A stretch of DNA of 64,000 nucleotides from Octopus bimaculoides (GCF_001194135.2 NC_068981.1:45067289-45131288), one strand, 5' to 3'; shown: positions 12,524-25,603, counted from the stretch's first letter. The notes: generated by a model not told the origin, from the letters alone. A program made the numbers and translations.

Positions 12524-13054
12524 NNNNNNNNNNNNNNNNNNNNNNNNNNNNNNNNNNNNNNNNNNNNNNNNNNNNNNNNNNNNNNNNNNNNNNNNNNNNN
12601 NNNNNNNNNNNNNNNNNNNNNNNNNNNNNNNNNNNNNNNNNNNNNNNNNNNNNNNNNNNNNNNNNNNNNNNNNNNNNNNNNNNNNNNNNNNNNNNNNNNN
12701 NNNNNNNNNNNNNNNNNNNNNNNNNNNNNNNNNNNNNNNNNNNNNNNNNNNNNNNNNNNNNNNNNNNNNNNNNNNNNNNNNNNNNNNNNNNNNNNNNNNN
12801 NNNNNNNNNNNNNNNNNNNNNNNNNNNNNNNNNNNNNNNNNNNNNNNNNNNNNNNNNNNNNNNNNNNNNNNNNNNNNNNNNNNNNNNNNNNNNNNNNNNN
12901 NNNNNNNNNNNNNNNNNNNNNNNNNNNNNNNNNNNNNNNNATCATAAAATAAGGCACATTGAAATTACTTTCAATCACCTGTGTGTTAAACTTCCAGTGT
13001 TGTAATAAATGCAAGGAAATGCGTGTGTATATGTGTGTGTTTGTGTGTGCTGTG

Positions 13055-13109
<55 letters not shown>

Positions 13110-13120
13110 GTGCGCGTGTG

Positions 13121-13256
13121 AAGGCGGCAAGCTGGCAGAATCGTAAGCATGGCGGGCAAAGGGCGATAGAATAAGTGCCAGTCGAGCACTGGGGTCGGTG
13201 GAGTCGGGTCTCCCCATTCCAAAATTGCTGGCATTGTGCCAAAATTTGAAAGCAAT
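13121..13256 (+). mobile_element. Family-A SINE, internally deleted
   Basis: Head GGCGGCAAGCTGGCAGAATCGTAAGCA joined directly to GATAGAATAAGTGCCAGTCGAGCACTGGGGTCG and the tail. Confidence 0.8.
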
Positions 13257-13439
13257 GCGCGTGCGGTGTGCGTGCGTGTGCACTTGCGTGTGTGGGTGTG
13301 CGTGCGTATGTGTGTGTACTGTGAACGTTTTAATATGATTGAATGTCCAGAAGCAATTGACTACTAATTCAGCCTTCATCAAATTTACAATTTCTCAGAG
13401 ATTCTGGCCCGGCTGCAGCTTGTCGATATCCGGAAAGGG

Positions 13440-13930
13440 TCCACCACACACGATGTAGATGGAGCAAGCAAATTAATGTTGGGGTCATGGAGTGTTACTA
13501 CCTGAGCACACTGGTAGATGAAAGTTAGGGGTTATCGACAACGTATGTATGATCATTGGAGAAAAGGGGATTGTTTCCACTCACGGGACAAGGACTATGT
13601 GATCAAGCTACAGAAATAAGAAAAAAACCTTTAGTTCACCGAAGTAGAGTTCGAAGCTATCAAAAGATGGGTCTTGGAAATTAACAGCAGAGCTAACGAT
13701 GAAAATACAGTTTTTACTAATAAGTGTAATCCCATAGCACATGAAATGAGTAGTGGTAGCTTACTTGATGAGAGGCATATAGATGATCTAAGAGCAAACA
13801 ATAACAATAATGGCGGCATGACAGATGAATAAAAGGTAATCCACCACAAAATAAAGGCAAGACTACAGGAGAACGATCTCGATATTATTTGCAAAAAGGT
13901 TGATCGATGGAAATTGAACCAAGAAACCTT
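13440..13930 (+). mobile_element. R4/Dong-like (RLE-clade) LINE N-terminal fragment
   Basis: VMECYYLS..RGYRQRMYDHWRKGGLFPLTGQGLCDQATEIRKK is homologous to the N-terminus of the copy at 36430-36640 (KWNEKGCFEISEQRLADQARAI). Confidence 0.65.
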
Positions 13931-15435
13931 AGGAAAGGTGGATAAGTTATCCAGTAAAGGTTTGAAACTAGTCCATTTGGACTAGAGTAATACCTTTCAT
14001 AGGGTAGACCACCAGTAACTGGCAGCGGTCCTCGTGGCGGCTGGGCTAGACCCAGACTTCCGAGATTAGATCACTGCCAGTTGTCGTGGGACAATGGACG
14101 GAAGGTCCTGTTAAGTTGCATGGAGTCTGGTTTGGACCGGATTCCCAGACTGAGTAGAATTGAAGAGAGGTGGCAGATGGGGTAACGGCCCTAATCCGGA
14201 TCTGGTGTGAAAGGGAGCTATCCCTGAAAAGTAAGGCGGAGGTGGCGCAGGTGTATATTGCACCTGTTATCACCCACCGTCTGACTGTTGTCTCTTGTTC
14301 TGCTTCATGGCTAAACAATTTGGAACACCTCTAACGCTTTTTTGTGGATGGGGAGGAAAACCGCTTGTGAGGCGCTCTGTCTGCTGCCAAAAACCATGGC
14401 TGATGATGCACAAACATACGCTGAGGCTGAGGCACCTTTGGCTCTACCTGGACGGTGAGCAGGTGGGGAGTTCACTGGCAAAGTGATTTTTTCCGCGACT
14501 GAACTCTTTGGAGGAATTCAAAGCCAATTTCGTAAAGAGACGTAACATCACCGAATGGCAAACAGACTGCCGAGAGGCACTTGTGCTAATCCACAAGGCG
14601 GACAAGGCCGGCAGCGGGAGTACCATCTTGATACTTTATAGCGGGCTGGTAGATTTTACGAGGTAAAACGTCCTAGGAGAGACTCTGGGGCTCGATAAGG
14701 GCCAGCTAGCCCATCTGCTGCAAAGAACTTTCGGGTGTACCAACTACAAGTAAGTAATCCCTGTCCTGGCAGTGCTATAGGAGTGCTTTACCTGTTTGCA
14801 ATAAACTGTCTAGGCATGAGATGTCTATGCTACCGGCATGCCCAAGGTGCAAGTAGGACCGTAAAACCCTTATGTACGCCCTTGTACTGTGCCCGGAGCT
14901 TTCAGGCTTGATAAGTTACGCAGAATAGGTGATATCGCACCTAGAAAATCTACAGTTATCAGTCGAGTCCATGATTAAGATTGCACCGCCACCCGGACAT
15001 TCAAAGGAAGGTGAGGCATGATAGTATGCACAGTTGCAGTACTGAAAGCGTATATATGGAAAACTAGAATGAAAGGAGTTGCGACGGGAATATTCATCTC
15101 AGGCTGTGGTTTGCTATTCTACTTCAGATATCATCTGAAGAGTAAGATAGGGCTGGAGAAAAGATGCCTGTCGAGAAATGTAAACAGAACAAGATGGAAG
15201 GATGTGGGGGTTAATGACCCTGCTTAATCCCATCCATAGTAAAGGAGTATGATGTAGCGGGCGGACTTCACAGCCAAGGTGTAAAATTTTAGACTTATCT
15301 AATTTTAATTTTATCTAATATAAAACATCATATTTTTAAAATCTCATTAAATGAACTCATGAACACTCTTTGTTTGTAGTGCTCTGTATTTTCCCCTCTA
15401 TGTTTTGATATTTTATTATTTTAATAAAGAATAAA
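13931..15435 (+). mobile_element. L1/Tx1-like ORF2 3' part (RT fragment, C-terminal zinc knuckle, 3' UTR)
   Basis: HLD*SNTFHRVDHQ*LAAVL (LDQxKAFDRVDH motif), WTEGPVKLHGVWFGPD, LSLKSKAEV, CPRCK..YALVLCP; ends AATAAAGAATAAA. Confidence 0.8.
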
Positions 15436-16125
15436 CCTCTAACCGAACAATTATTCTGTGGGGACAAAGGGAACTTACTAAATGCACTCGTTCGAAAATA
15501 TAACGACACAAATGGTGTCGTGTAGCCAGGTGCAGACGTTGTCTCCTTGGGCTAAATTACAGCAACTTTCATCCTAAAGCAGGACAGAGACCTTATGTTG
15601 GCAAACAATCTTTACTCAACAAATCCGATATATATATATATNNNNNNNNNNNNNNNNNNNNNNNNNNNNNNNNNNNNNNNNNNNNNNNNNNNNNNNNNNN
15701 NNNNNNNNNNNNNNNNNNNNNNNNNNNNNNNNNNNNNNNNNNNNNNNNNNNNNNNNNNNNNNNNNNNNNNNNNNNNNNNNNNNNNNNNNNNNNNNNNNNN
15801 NNNNNNNNNNNNNNNNNNNNNNNNNNNNNNNNNNNNNNNNNNNNNNNNNNNNNNNNNNNNNNNNNNNNNNNNNNNNNNNNNNNNNNNNNNNNNNNNNNNN
15901 NNNNNNNNNNNNNNNNNNNNNNNNNNNNNNNNNNNNNNNNNNNNNNNNNNNNNNNNNNNNNNNNNNNNNNNNNNNNNNNNNNNNNNNNNNNNNNNNNNNN
16001 NNNNNNNNNNNNNNNNNNNNNNNNNNNNNNNNNNNNNNNNNNNNNNNNNNNNNNNNNNNNNNNNNNNNNNNNNNNNNNNNNNNNNNNNNNNNNNNNNNNN
16101 NNNNNNNNNNNNNNNNNNNNNNNNN

Positions 16126-16170
<45 letters not shown>

Positions 16171-16189
16171 TTTCTCTTTTATTTCTTTA

Positions 16190-16578
16190 TTTCAGTCATT
16201 ATACTGCCGCTATACCGGGGCACGCCTTGAAGAATTTATAGTCGAATATAGCCACACCACTACTTTTCATTTGAGCTTGGTATTTATTTCCTCGACCTCT
16301 TTTGCCGACCCACTAGATTACGTGCATATAAACATACCAACACCAACACTAGTTGTCAAAGCTTGGTAAGGGAGGCAAGCACAATCACACATGATAATAT
16401 ACATATGTATACGACGAGCTTCTTGCAGCTTCCTTCTACCAAATCCACTCACAAGTCTTTGACCGGGCCGAGTGTAGAGTAGAAGACACCTGCCCAATTT
16501 ACCACGCAGTGGGACTGACTCTGGAACTATGTGGTTGGGAAGCGAGCTTCTTATTACACATCTATTCTTGCGCAGATT
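16190..16578 (-). mobile_element. Family-B SINE, diverged
   Basis: TTTCAGTCATT..AAATCCACTCACAAGTCTTTG..CCACGCAGTGGGACTGACTCTGGAACTATGTGG is homologous to 19215-19643. Confidence 0.85.
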
Positions 16579-17250
16579 TAAACGTGTCTTGTGTTTGTGT
16601 TTTTGCTCCTAGGAATATCTGGGCGTAGAATCATATATAAATAAATATAAGCACATATACATTTGAAAGTACGTGTGCGTAAGTAAATGGCAAACGAAAT
16701 CTGTGTCTAATATTTGATGTTATCCACTTGCGTGGGATACTGACATGGTAAGTAGCATGTTCTTAGGACTGAGTTCATAAGTTAAAAATCAAATTTCTTC
16801 ATTTTCTTCGAAGGTAATTAATGTGGACTTTACAGCCAAATGCAAATTTAAAATACTTTTCACTGGCATCTCAAAATAGAAATGAAATGTAACATTAGCA
16901 GAATATAATGAGGGCTGCCTTAAGACTTTTAATTCGTTAAAAGGATTTTAGCGTAAATGAAGAGAATCATTTCAATAATAAAAACACCACACATACACAC
17001 ACACACACATACAAACATAGAGGAGCACACGGACTTACACTCACATAACACACACATGTTATATCGGGAAAAATGTTATACATAAGTATACATGTGTGCT
17101 CCTGAAATGTGATCGTATCCATACAGCGTATACAGTACTATGTTCAGCGGAGATTCTGATAAAGAAAATTGCATTCGCAATGAATTCAAAAGACATGAGA
17201 TGGAAAGCAAAATTTAAAAGTCAAAAAAGTCTAAACTGATATCTTCTGAG

Positions 17251-17355
17251 AACGGTAGAATAAGTATTAGGCTTACAAAGAATAAGTACTGGGGTCGATT
17301 TGCTCGATTAAAGGCATGGTCGCAGTTACATGACTAAAACAAGTAAAAGAATACA
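17251..17355 (+). mobile_element. Family-B SINE 3' fragment
   Basis: GTAGAATAAGTATTAGGCTTACAAAGAATAAGTACTGGGGTCGATTTGCTCGA matches 9500-9610. Confidence 0.85.
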
Positions 17356-18360
17356 AGAATATATATATATATACTCGTTCAGAAGCATATAATGCTTTCT
17401 TATATTTCATTACAATGTATATAGAAGTATACTTTATGTAGACACATACACACAAGCACGCAGACACCATGCACGCACACACGCACGCACGCGCGCACAC
17501 ACAGACACGCACACACAGACACACACACACGCACACACACACATACACACGCACATGCAAACACACGGAGACACAGGATTGTATGTTTGAATATCTATAA
17601 GAAACAGCATTTTAAAGTTAATTTGAGTGAAACAATAAACCACAGCCGATCATACACACAGTAATCAGTTTCAGCATGTATCAAAATATTGACCCCACTC
17701 CGTCTGATATCTTCTGAGTTTATTAGTAACATTCAATAATTTTACGTAGACACAGAAGGAAAAAAATATTGATACTCATTTTTCCTCTGGCCAGTCTCAT
17801 TAGTTTTTCTTTCTTCTTCGTCGACATTATAATCGATGTTCATAAGAAATTCATTTACTCTATTTGTTACATGTTTACAGTAACGCTTCCAGCAATCTGC
17901 TAGTTATTGTTCAGTGACACATATAATGTCTACTGCAGAGTTCAACATCATAGATTTACGATTCTTGTCTATTTTGTAACAGGCTGTTTGATTACTCGAC
18001 GCATTGCTGATGTCTAATGTAAGCAAATTATATAGAGCTTCACCAATGTTTAGATTATATTCTTTCACAATAACCACACATATTTATACACACCATGCTT
18101 ACTAACACCTAGGAAAAAGATAAACACATACTTCTTCCTCGATACAAATAATATCACTCAGACACACGTACACTAGCTGTTTAAGGCAGAAATGTCCTCA
18201 TGCATAGACACTCATATGTATATACATACACACACATATTCACATATAACCATACATACACACATGCATACATACTACATGCACACACATATATTTACGT
18301 GTGTATATATAATTGAAATTTACAGAAGAACAAAAGACGAAGATAGGTGTATAAGCAAAA

Positions 18361-18435
18361 CGCATGTGCGTTAATTTGACGTTCGGCAACGTGAGAAAGT
18401 CTTTTACGTTTCGAGACTGAACTCTTCTACCAGAT
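18361..18435 (-). mobile_element. Penelope-type terminal-repeat fragment with hammerhead-like motif
   Basis: Reverse complement AAGAGTTCAGTCTCGAAACGTAAAAGACTT..CCGAACGTCAAATTAA is homologous to 50775-50840. Confidence 0.55.
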
Positions 18436-18498
18436 AGGAAGACGAGGAAATAAATAGAGAGAATAAAAAAAAAAAAACTTTAGCGACCAATCATGTGT

Positions 18499-18638
18499 CG
18501 CGTGACCTATAGTTTAGGGTATTAGGCTCAGCATCGTAAGGTGGTGAGTTCATTTCCGGGCGACGCGTTGTGTCCTCGTGCAAGACACTTTATTTATTTC
18601 ACGTTGCTCCAGTCCATTCAGCTGGCAAAAATGAGTAG
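18499..18638 (+). mobile_element. Family-C SINE 5' part (tRNA-like head + CACGTTGCTCCAGTCCATTCAGCTG domain)
   Basis: Homologous to the reverse complement of 21430-21560. Confidence 0.75.
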
Positions 18639-18876
18639 TTTATATATATATATATATATATNNNNNNNNNNNNNNNNNNNNNNNNNNNNNNNNNNNNNNN
18701 NNNNNNNNNNNNNNNNNNNNNNNNNNNNNNNNNNNNNNNNNNNNNNNNNNNNNNNNNNNNNNNNNNNNNNNNNNNNNNNNNNNNNNNNNNNNNNNNNNNN
18801 NNNNNNNNNNNNNNNNNNNNNNNNNNNNNNNNNNNNNNNNNNNNNNNNNNNNNNNNNNNNNNNNNNNNNNNNNNNN

Positions 18877-18918
<42 letters not shown>

Positions 18919-19214
18919 TCTGTTGTGTCTAGGGAGAGTCATTCTCGTTTTGTTCCTTATAATTTAACACACTCACCGGTAAAATTTCCCTTTATTTCTT
19001 ATTTTAATTTTCCTAAAATTTTCGTTGCGTCTTACAAACTTTTCTATAGTCTTCACTCTGTCCATTATTTACACTGCGTTACATTTTGTTTGTTCGTGTC
19101 TCGGTCAGTGTGTGTGTGTGTGCCTATGCATGCATGCATGTATGTATGTAGGTATCTATACATGCATGCATGTATGTGTATGCGTATATGTGTGTGCATG
19201 CACGTCTTTTATCT

Positions 19215-19643
19215 TTTAAATCTTTTTCTTGTTTCAGTCATTTGACTGTGGCCATGCTGGAGCACCGACTTTAGTGGAGCAAATCGACCCCAGGACCTAT
19301 TCTGTGTAAGCCTAGTACATATTCTATCGGTCTCGTTTGCCGAACCGCTAAGTAACGGGGACATAAACACACCAGCATCGGTTGTGAAGAGATGTTGGGA
19401 GGACAAACACTGACACACAGACATACACACATACACACACACACACACACACACATACACACACACATATACATATATACGACGGGCTTCTTTCACTTTC
19501 CGTCTACTATATCCACTCGCAAGGGTTTGGTCAGCCCAAGGCTACAGTAGAAATCACCTGCCCAAAGTGCCACACAGTGGGACTGAACCCGAAACCATGT
19601 GGTTGATAAGCAGGCTACTTACCACACAGCTACTCCTATGCCT
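19215..19643 (-). mobile_element. Full-length family-B SINE
   Basis: Head, B-box-like GGGTTCAGTCCC, central (CA)n and tail are all present; collinear with 7297-7330 + 9256-9612. Confidence 0.92.
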
Positions 19644-21262
19644 ATGTATATATGTATGTATCGAAATCTAAATCGAAATATATATATATATATATGCATA
19701 TGCAGGTATATTTTATAATCTGTGAATTTCAGTATTCCACAGAGGTTCTACTTGCACGTTGTACTTCCTATTTTCGTATAAATGTCATAAATTATTATTT
19801 TTTAAAATCTCCAATGCAGATATCATATGAACTGATAAGTTGAAACGCATATCTAGCTATGTATTTAAATTCAAATTATACTTTCTAGTACACAGAGAAA
19901 AAGATGTGCAACGCATACCCATAGTATATATAGAGTTTTAAAGCAATAAATATAGACAAGAAAATGTGATAACGATACTTGCTACTTATGGTATGATTTG
20001 AAGATTTTGGAAGTATATCCATCAACATTTTTATAGTAAAGCGGTATGCAGGCTGAGTGAGAAATTGAAATATTGAGAGTACTATTCAGGAAAATGAACA
20101 TAAAAATTTCGAGAAGAATGCAGAAAAGGAAGGCGAATATTTTGAAATTGTTTTTCTGAACCATTTTTTGTTTTGAGAGGAACCGGCGCATGTGTACAGA
20201 TACAATAAACCAAAATGTAACAAAATTAACCACATGTAACAATAGAGTAAATGAATTTGTTATGAACATCGATTATAACGTCGACAGAGACGAAAGAGAA
20301 ACAGAGAGTATTTGTTTCAGGATGAGTGGATAAAGATGAGTGGTACATCGGTGATAATTTGGTGCATATATATTTTAGCAAGTTTCAAAGCTTAGTGAAG
20401 TTTGTTGTTCAGTTTGGGGATATTATTGATGGTCTATAGTACTTAGATTTGTAGAATTAAACCGTGTAATAGAAGATTTGAAAAAAGTACGCGAGTGTGT
20501 ACAGATAAATTATTACTACGAAAAATGTGATGAAATGAGCAAAATATGTCGCTACGTATATAAGTGGAATACTATAAACAAATATAAAAGCGTGAGTTTA
20601 TGATAAAATCATGAGAGTAACAGAAAATGATAAAGGGAAATTCATTCATGGATTTAAATATATTTCCGTCAAACATTTGTTTTTCCTTTAATGAATAAAT
20701 TTGTGTCATAATATGCAAATAGGTTTATTTTCCTAACTAAGAACCTTATTATAGGTTTGTGTATATGTTATACTGATTTAGGTTCTCTGTATTTGTAAAA
20801 CCTTTTCACTAACGTGTTACGATACTTATTCAGTCATTCAGAAATATTTCACATTGACACTTCAATTAAAAATTCTGCGAATATTGCACTCCTCTATACT
20901 TATGTAGTTTTACTCGCTAAATTTTAAAATTCATACAAAGTATATTGCCCCAAAGCTCCACAAAAATTTTACAGGGATATCGGTTTAATGTTTAGGAGAG
21001 GTTGATGATTGATTTGCTATCACCACTAGACTAAGTCTAGCCTCTTGAACTCCAATGTTGAGTTTTACTTAAATACATATATACTGAAATTGCGATAATT
21101 TTATCAAGTCTGCGGGAATTAAAATGACAAAATGTTTGCTGCTTGGTTTCGCGAAATGTTTGAAGGAAAACTGATGAATGTATAATTGAAATTTAAATCT
21201 CTTGTTTTGGTAAAAATGCCATATAGTGAAGATGTTTATCCGCTAGACCAACATGGTAACGT

Positions 21263-21560
21263 GTAAAGACCCCTTTTGGACATGAATGGCTATGGAAGTG
21301 CACCTAAAATGTTTCCCTCCAAGGTGAATGTCTCAGTAAGATTGTTTATGGAAGACCATGTGTCGCCCATGCATTCCGGTGTCAATGATGTCATCCAAGG
21401 GAAAGTTAAAGGATGATGCAGCTAGGTAAAAGTAACGTCACAATTCATTTCTTCAGATGAGTGACCTGGAACAAGAAAAAACAACGCACAACCCAGTCAA
21501 GAAATCCAACTCATTACCTCTCGACTGGGAATCCGACGCTCTTTCCATTGACCATGCGCT
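21263..21560 (-). mobile_element. Family-C SINE, near full length
   Basis: Reverse-complement tail GGGGTCTTTACACGTTAC is identical to 22379-22395; head region matches 18499-18638. Confidence 0.8.
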
Positions 21561-22344
21561 GTCACGAGACCTACATACGCTACATCATATTCAATGCATG
21601 TTTGCTGGAAGGGGTGGCGAGAGGGTAAATACTTTTTTATTTGTGTAAAATGTACATCAGTAGTGTAGTACCTTTAACAAAAGTACAATAGCATATATGT
21701 GTAAGACTTTGAAAGAAAATCGTCTAGGTCTAGATTATCCCTGAACCACAATAAACTATCTGACTTAACAGGGTACATTTTCAAAATGGAGAAAAATATT
21801 AGAGACTGAATACAACTTTTAAAGAAATACCATATTGCAAAATCACACAATAGCAAACCACCTAACAACACTAATACACTGGGTATATAATCTAGGATAA
21901 TGCCTTAAACATAAATGAAGTAAATACATACCTATGAAACGCACAATGCAGAGTAACATAAACCGAAATATAAATGAACAAGAAATATAAATGAACAAGA
22001 ATGTTGGAAAAATATAAAACAAGTGAATTTTTAAGAGGCTTCTTTTACCGTCGTTTCATTCTGCTTTAGATATATTTGTTTGTCACGTTTCTGTTGTTTC
22101 TATATTTTCTTATAGCAGTCTCTCATTGTAGCCTATATTTTGAAATATTTTGTTGTTTTTTGGCTTCCATGAAGTTGGAAATTGGATTTTTTTGTCTATT
22201 TTTCATACACATTAGTTTTAGTTTTCCATGACTCTTTGATAGATATGTTTTCTACTCCAACAAAGTTTATCTTATTAAAGTCTGTGGCCTTATTAAATAC
22301 CTGCCACATTGTTTTCGTGTTAAATATAGTCCTTCGATTATAGG

Positions 22345-22395
22345 TTTTGAGCAATTCCATAGCCATTCATGACCGAAAGGGGTCTTTACACGTTA
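22345..22395 (+). mobile_element. Family-C SINE (or partner LINE) extreme 3' tail
   Basis: TTCCATAGCCATTCATGACCGAAAGGGGTCTTTACACGTTAC matches the reverse complement of 21257-21300. Confidence 0.75.
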
Positions 22396-24115
22396 CTATG
22401 TCGGTCTAGCGGATAAACATCTTCTCTATAATGCATTTTTAGCAAAACAAGAGATTAAAATTTTTATTTTATGTTCTGTCAAGTGGAGGTAAGTGATTTG
22501 GTGTCTACTTGGGAGTATTTAAAGTGTAACATACCATTTGAATAGCTGGCGTATTAATGCTTATTGGTGCCTGGAGATGCATATGTAAGATATACATGAG
22601 ATATTTTTTCTTACATTCGCGTTTGTATCTGCATCCAGTACTATTTAGCATGTGAAACATTTCAAGAACTGACAGGAAATGATTTAAGATATGAAGATCA
22701 CTGGAATATGCATCTTCTCTTGGGGATAGATATAATTTTCACAATTTTCTCGTCTTCATGTAACTTAAAATCTTATACTATTAAAACATTGTATGGTTTA
22801 TGCATATTCCTATTGTTGGCGTGAATTTATTACTTCCATTGGGTACACACCCATCAGTAAAAATAAAAACAATTTAATCCAACAAATAAATAAATTACTT
22901 CACAACTACAAATACAAGAAAGCTAAAACAAAAACCATCCTAAATATTTGCATACAAGCATCACTAGCGGTTACTACACCTTATAACAAATAGTTTACAA
23001 GTATGCATAAAAAATAACGAAATTTCAAGAAACGTATAAAGAAGAAAATTTTCTCGAAGTAGGACTTTCCAAAAGAACATGAAAAACATACTATTTAAAG
23101 AATTACTTGTGAAAACAGTATTAACGTTACATTGTCCCCTTCATAGAAGTGGGTCATGTACATATCCATTGGATCATATACACGTGACAGATTATTTTGA
23201 ATAGCAGCAGGTAGGAATATACATTGCTCACAATTAAAAGTGGTCGGGTTCCGTGATAAAACATTGTGTTTTTACGGTCACCCTAGATGGACTGCGAAGG
23301 CTGGGTCGAGGTTGATGGAAATTGAACGCGTATTTCCAGTCTTGCTAATCTAGCGGAAACCGGTTTTGGGGAGTAAGGTAAGCAGGCAATAACATCGGCA
23401 GGTTTTAAAAAAATAGTGGTTTGCTATGAAATAAACAATAAGATACGAATCAACAAATTTTTGTAAGCCAGTAGTAATGGAGCAAACGTGAAATGCGGGA
23501 GATGTAATGCGAAACTCACTATAGATGCTTCCGAAAAGCATCGTAAACGATGTGCATGCATCGACATTGGGCTTCGCCCATTTCATTTTACTCTAAAAGA
23601 CTAAAACTAGATTGTCAGAACTTAGGCATATGATTTGTAGTGATAGCAGAGGTACAGCGTTGCATCGAAATGACAATGCAGTGTTAGATAAGCGCGTGAG
23701 TCTTTATTCCAAGCAAATCTGTGGGATCTACCAGCAGCAATTTGCTTCACTGTGTGGGACAAGTGGCTGGCGCATTGCAGGATAAATTTCATTGCCTGTC
23801 TCGACAGCTTGCCGCAAGTTTCGGCAGCAGAATCGAAGTAGGCTATTGAGGTAGGTAATAAAATTCTTCAGAGTTTTTCCGTAAAGTCCATAGCAACCAT
23901 AACATTTGGTAATCATATTTTTACTTTTTATCTCACCTACTAACCCTATTACTTCATCACCGTCATCGTTTTTTTATGAACTGAAAGAAATTGTAAAATC
24001 GCTTTATAATGTTCTACTAAACAGATAATTATGTAGTAAATGAAAGAAATCACAATATTTATTGTTAGTCATTTTCTCTTTCTCTTCCTTCGTATTATTA
24101 TAATATGAATGAGTT

Positions 24116-24183
24116 GTGATTAGTGGTATTTCCTCGTCCTTTACGTCTGTGTTCAAATGCCGTCGAAGTCGACTCTACCATTC
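24116..24183 (+). mobile_element. Family-A SINE fragment
   Basis: TTAGTGGTATTTC..TTTACGTCTGTGTTCAAATGCCGTCGAAGTCGACT matches the family-A body. Confidence 0.6.
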
Positions 24184-24204
24184 AACAGGCTATAGCAAGT
24201 AACC

Positions 24205-24640
24205 TTAAATGCCAAGAACCGTCTTAAGTATCCCAGTTGTTCCCAATAACACTGTATATTGGAGCTGCACTAAACTAGGTTTCATGTATATTTCCTCTAT
24301 CCATCTGTTCGAATCTTTATGACTAGTTCCTAATGCACATATATCTACGGGGATATGTTTTACTTGCACATTCCATAGTCTCTATAAATCAATGGCTAGC
24401 TTCTGGCACTTTGCTGTTTACACCTCTCATATTGACTTTTTCACCATTTGGGCCTGTAAAGTCAGTTACCTGTAAAGTCAGCATGGTCAGATCGTATCTT
24501 TCTACATCACTCTCAGTGCATTGTTCTCCCTATTTTATCGTCTTTTCTTGTATTCCTTCTGTACCAGCATACTTCATGCACTAACTATATATGAGTAACA
24601 CTTTCTTCATAACCTAAATTGCGAATCTATAATTATTATC
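24205..24640 (-). mobile_element. R4/Dong-like LINE 3' fragment (RLE domain end)
   Basis: Reverse translation ..RLWNVQVKHIPVDICALGTSHKDSNRWIEEIYMKPSLVQLQYTVLLGTTGILKTVL is homologous to 39370-39540. Confidence 0.7.
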
Positions 24641-25504
24641 TTCATGGTGTTGTTTATAAAGTTTATGTATGTCACATCTCTGCTGTCTGTTGTCTGCCTA
24701 TCTTATTTATTGTACGAAACAATTTACGATACAATACTATGTTTGAAAGAAATATTTTCTTGAAGACGTACAAACATTAGATAATTTCATCTGAAACAAA
24801 TTTATCATCTGCAACTTAATATATATATAGTTCGTATTTTGGGCAACATGACACTTAGGTAGAACTGAGGGCCATGTATTGCATTTTTATATTCATGTAG
24901 ATAGAGGAAACTTTATCTCAATACTGTATCTAAACAATTCATATATATCTATGACTCATCTAATGAAACCATTTCAGCGCTTTGGTTTAACCTGTTTATT
25001 TACATGTCCGAAAATGTGAAAAAAAAAATGAAAGAAAAATTAAAGAAGCGAAGATACGTAAAAGTATCTCATATACAATTTTTGCTTTAGACCCACTTTG
25101 TAATAGAAATCAATTTATTATATTCCAGCAACGTATTTTAGTGTGAATGACATTAACATTTTTCGTTTCCTTAATCTAGATATGCATTGTCATGAATTTC
25201 ATCCGAATCCCAACTGGGACAAACATAAATCATTTGTTTCTTATTGAGAGGTAAGCGACTGAAACTGTTTCTCTACTCTGTTTTAGAAACAGAATGCGAT
25301 CATGTTCTAATCAATATTCTCTGTGCCCGTTGAGATTTTCATTTATGATAATTTGAATTGCAATTGGTTTGACCAAAATATTTTATCATTTTCATTTTTC
25401 TTATATTTTTCACATTTTATTATTTTCTTTTCGTTAATTTTTTTTTCAAAATGATGAAAATATAGAATAAGAATAAAATAGGCACGAACATACAATAAAA
25501 ACAA

Positions 25505-25603
<99 letters not shown>

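Noticed and set aside
21966-21999. 17-bp tandem duplication AAATATAAATGAACAAG x2
   Set aside because: Ordinary slippage duplication.
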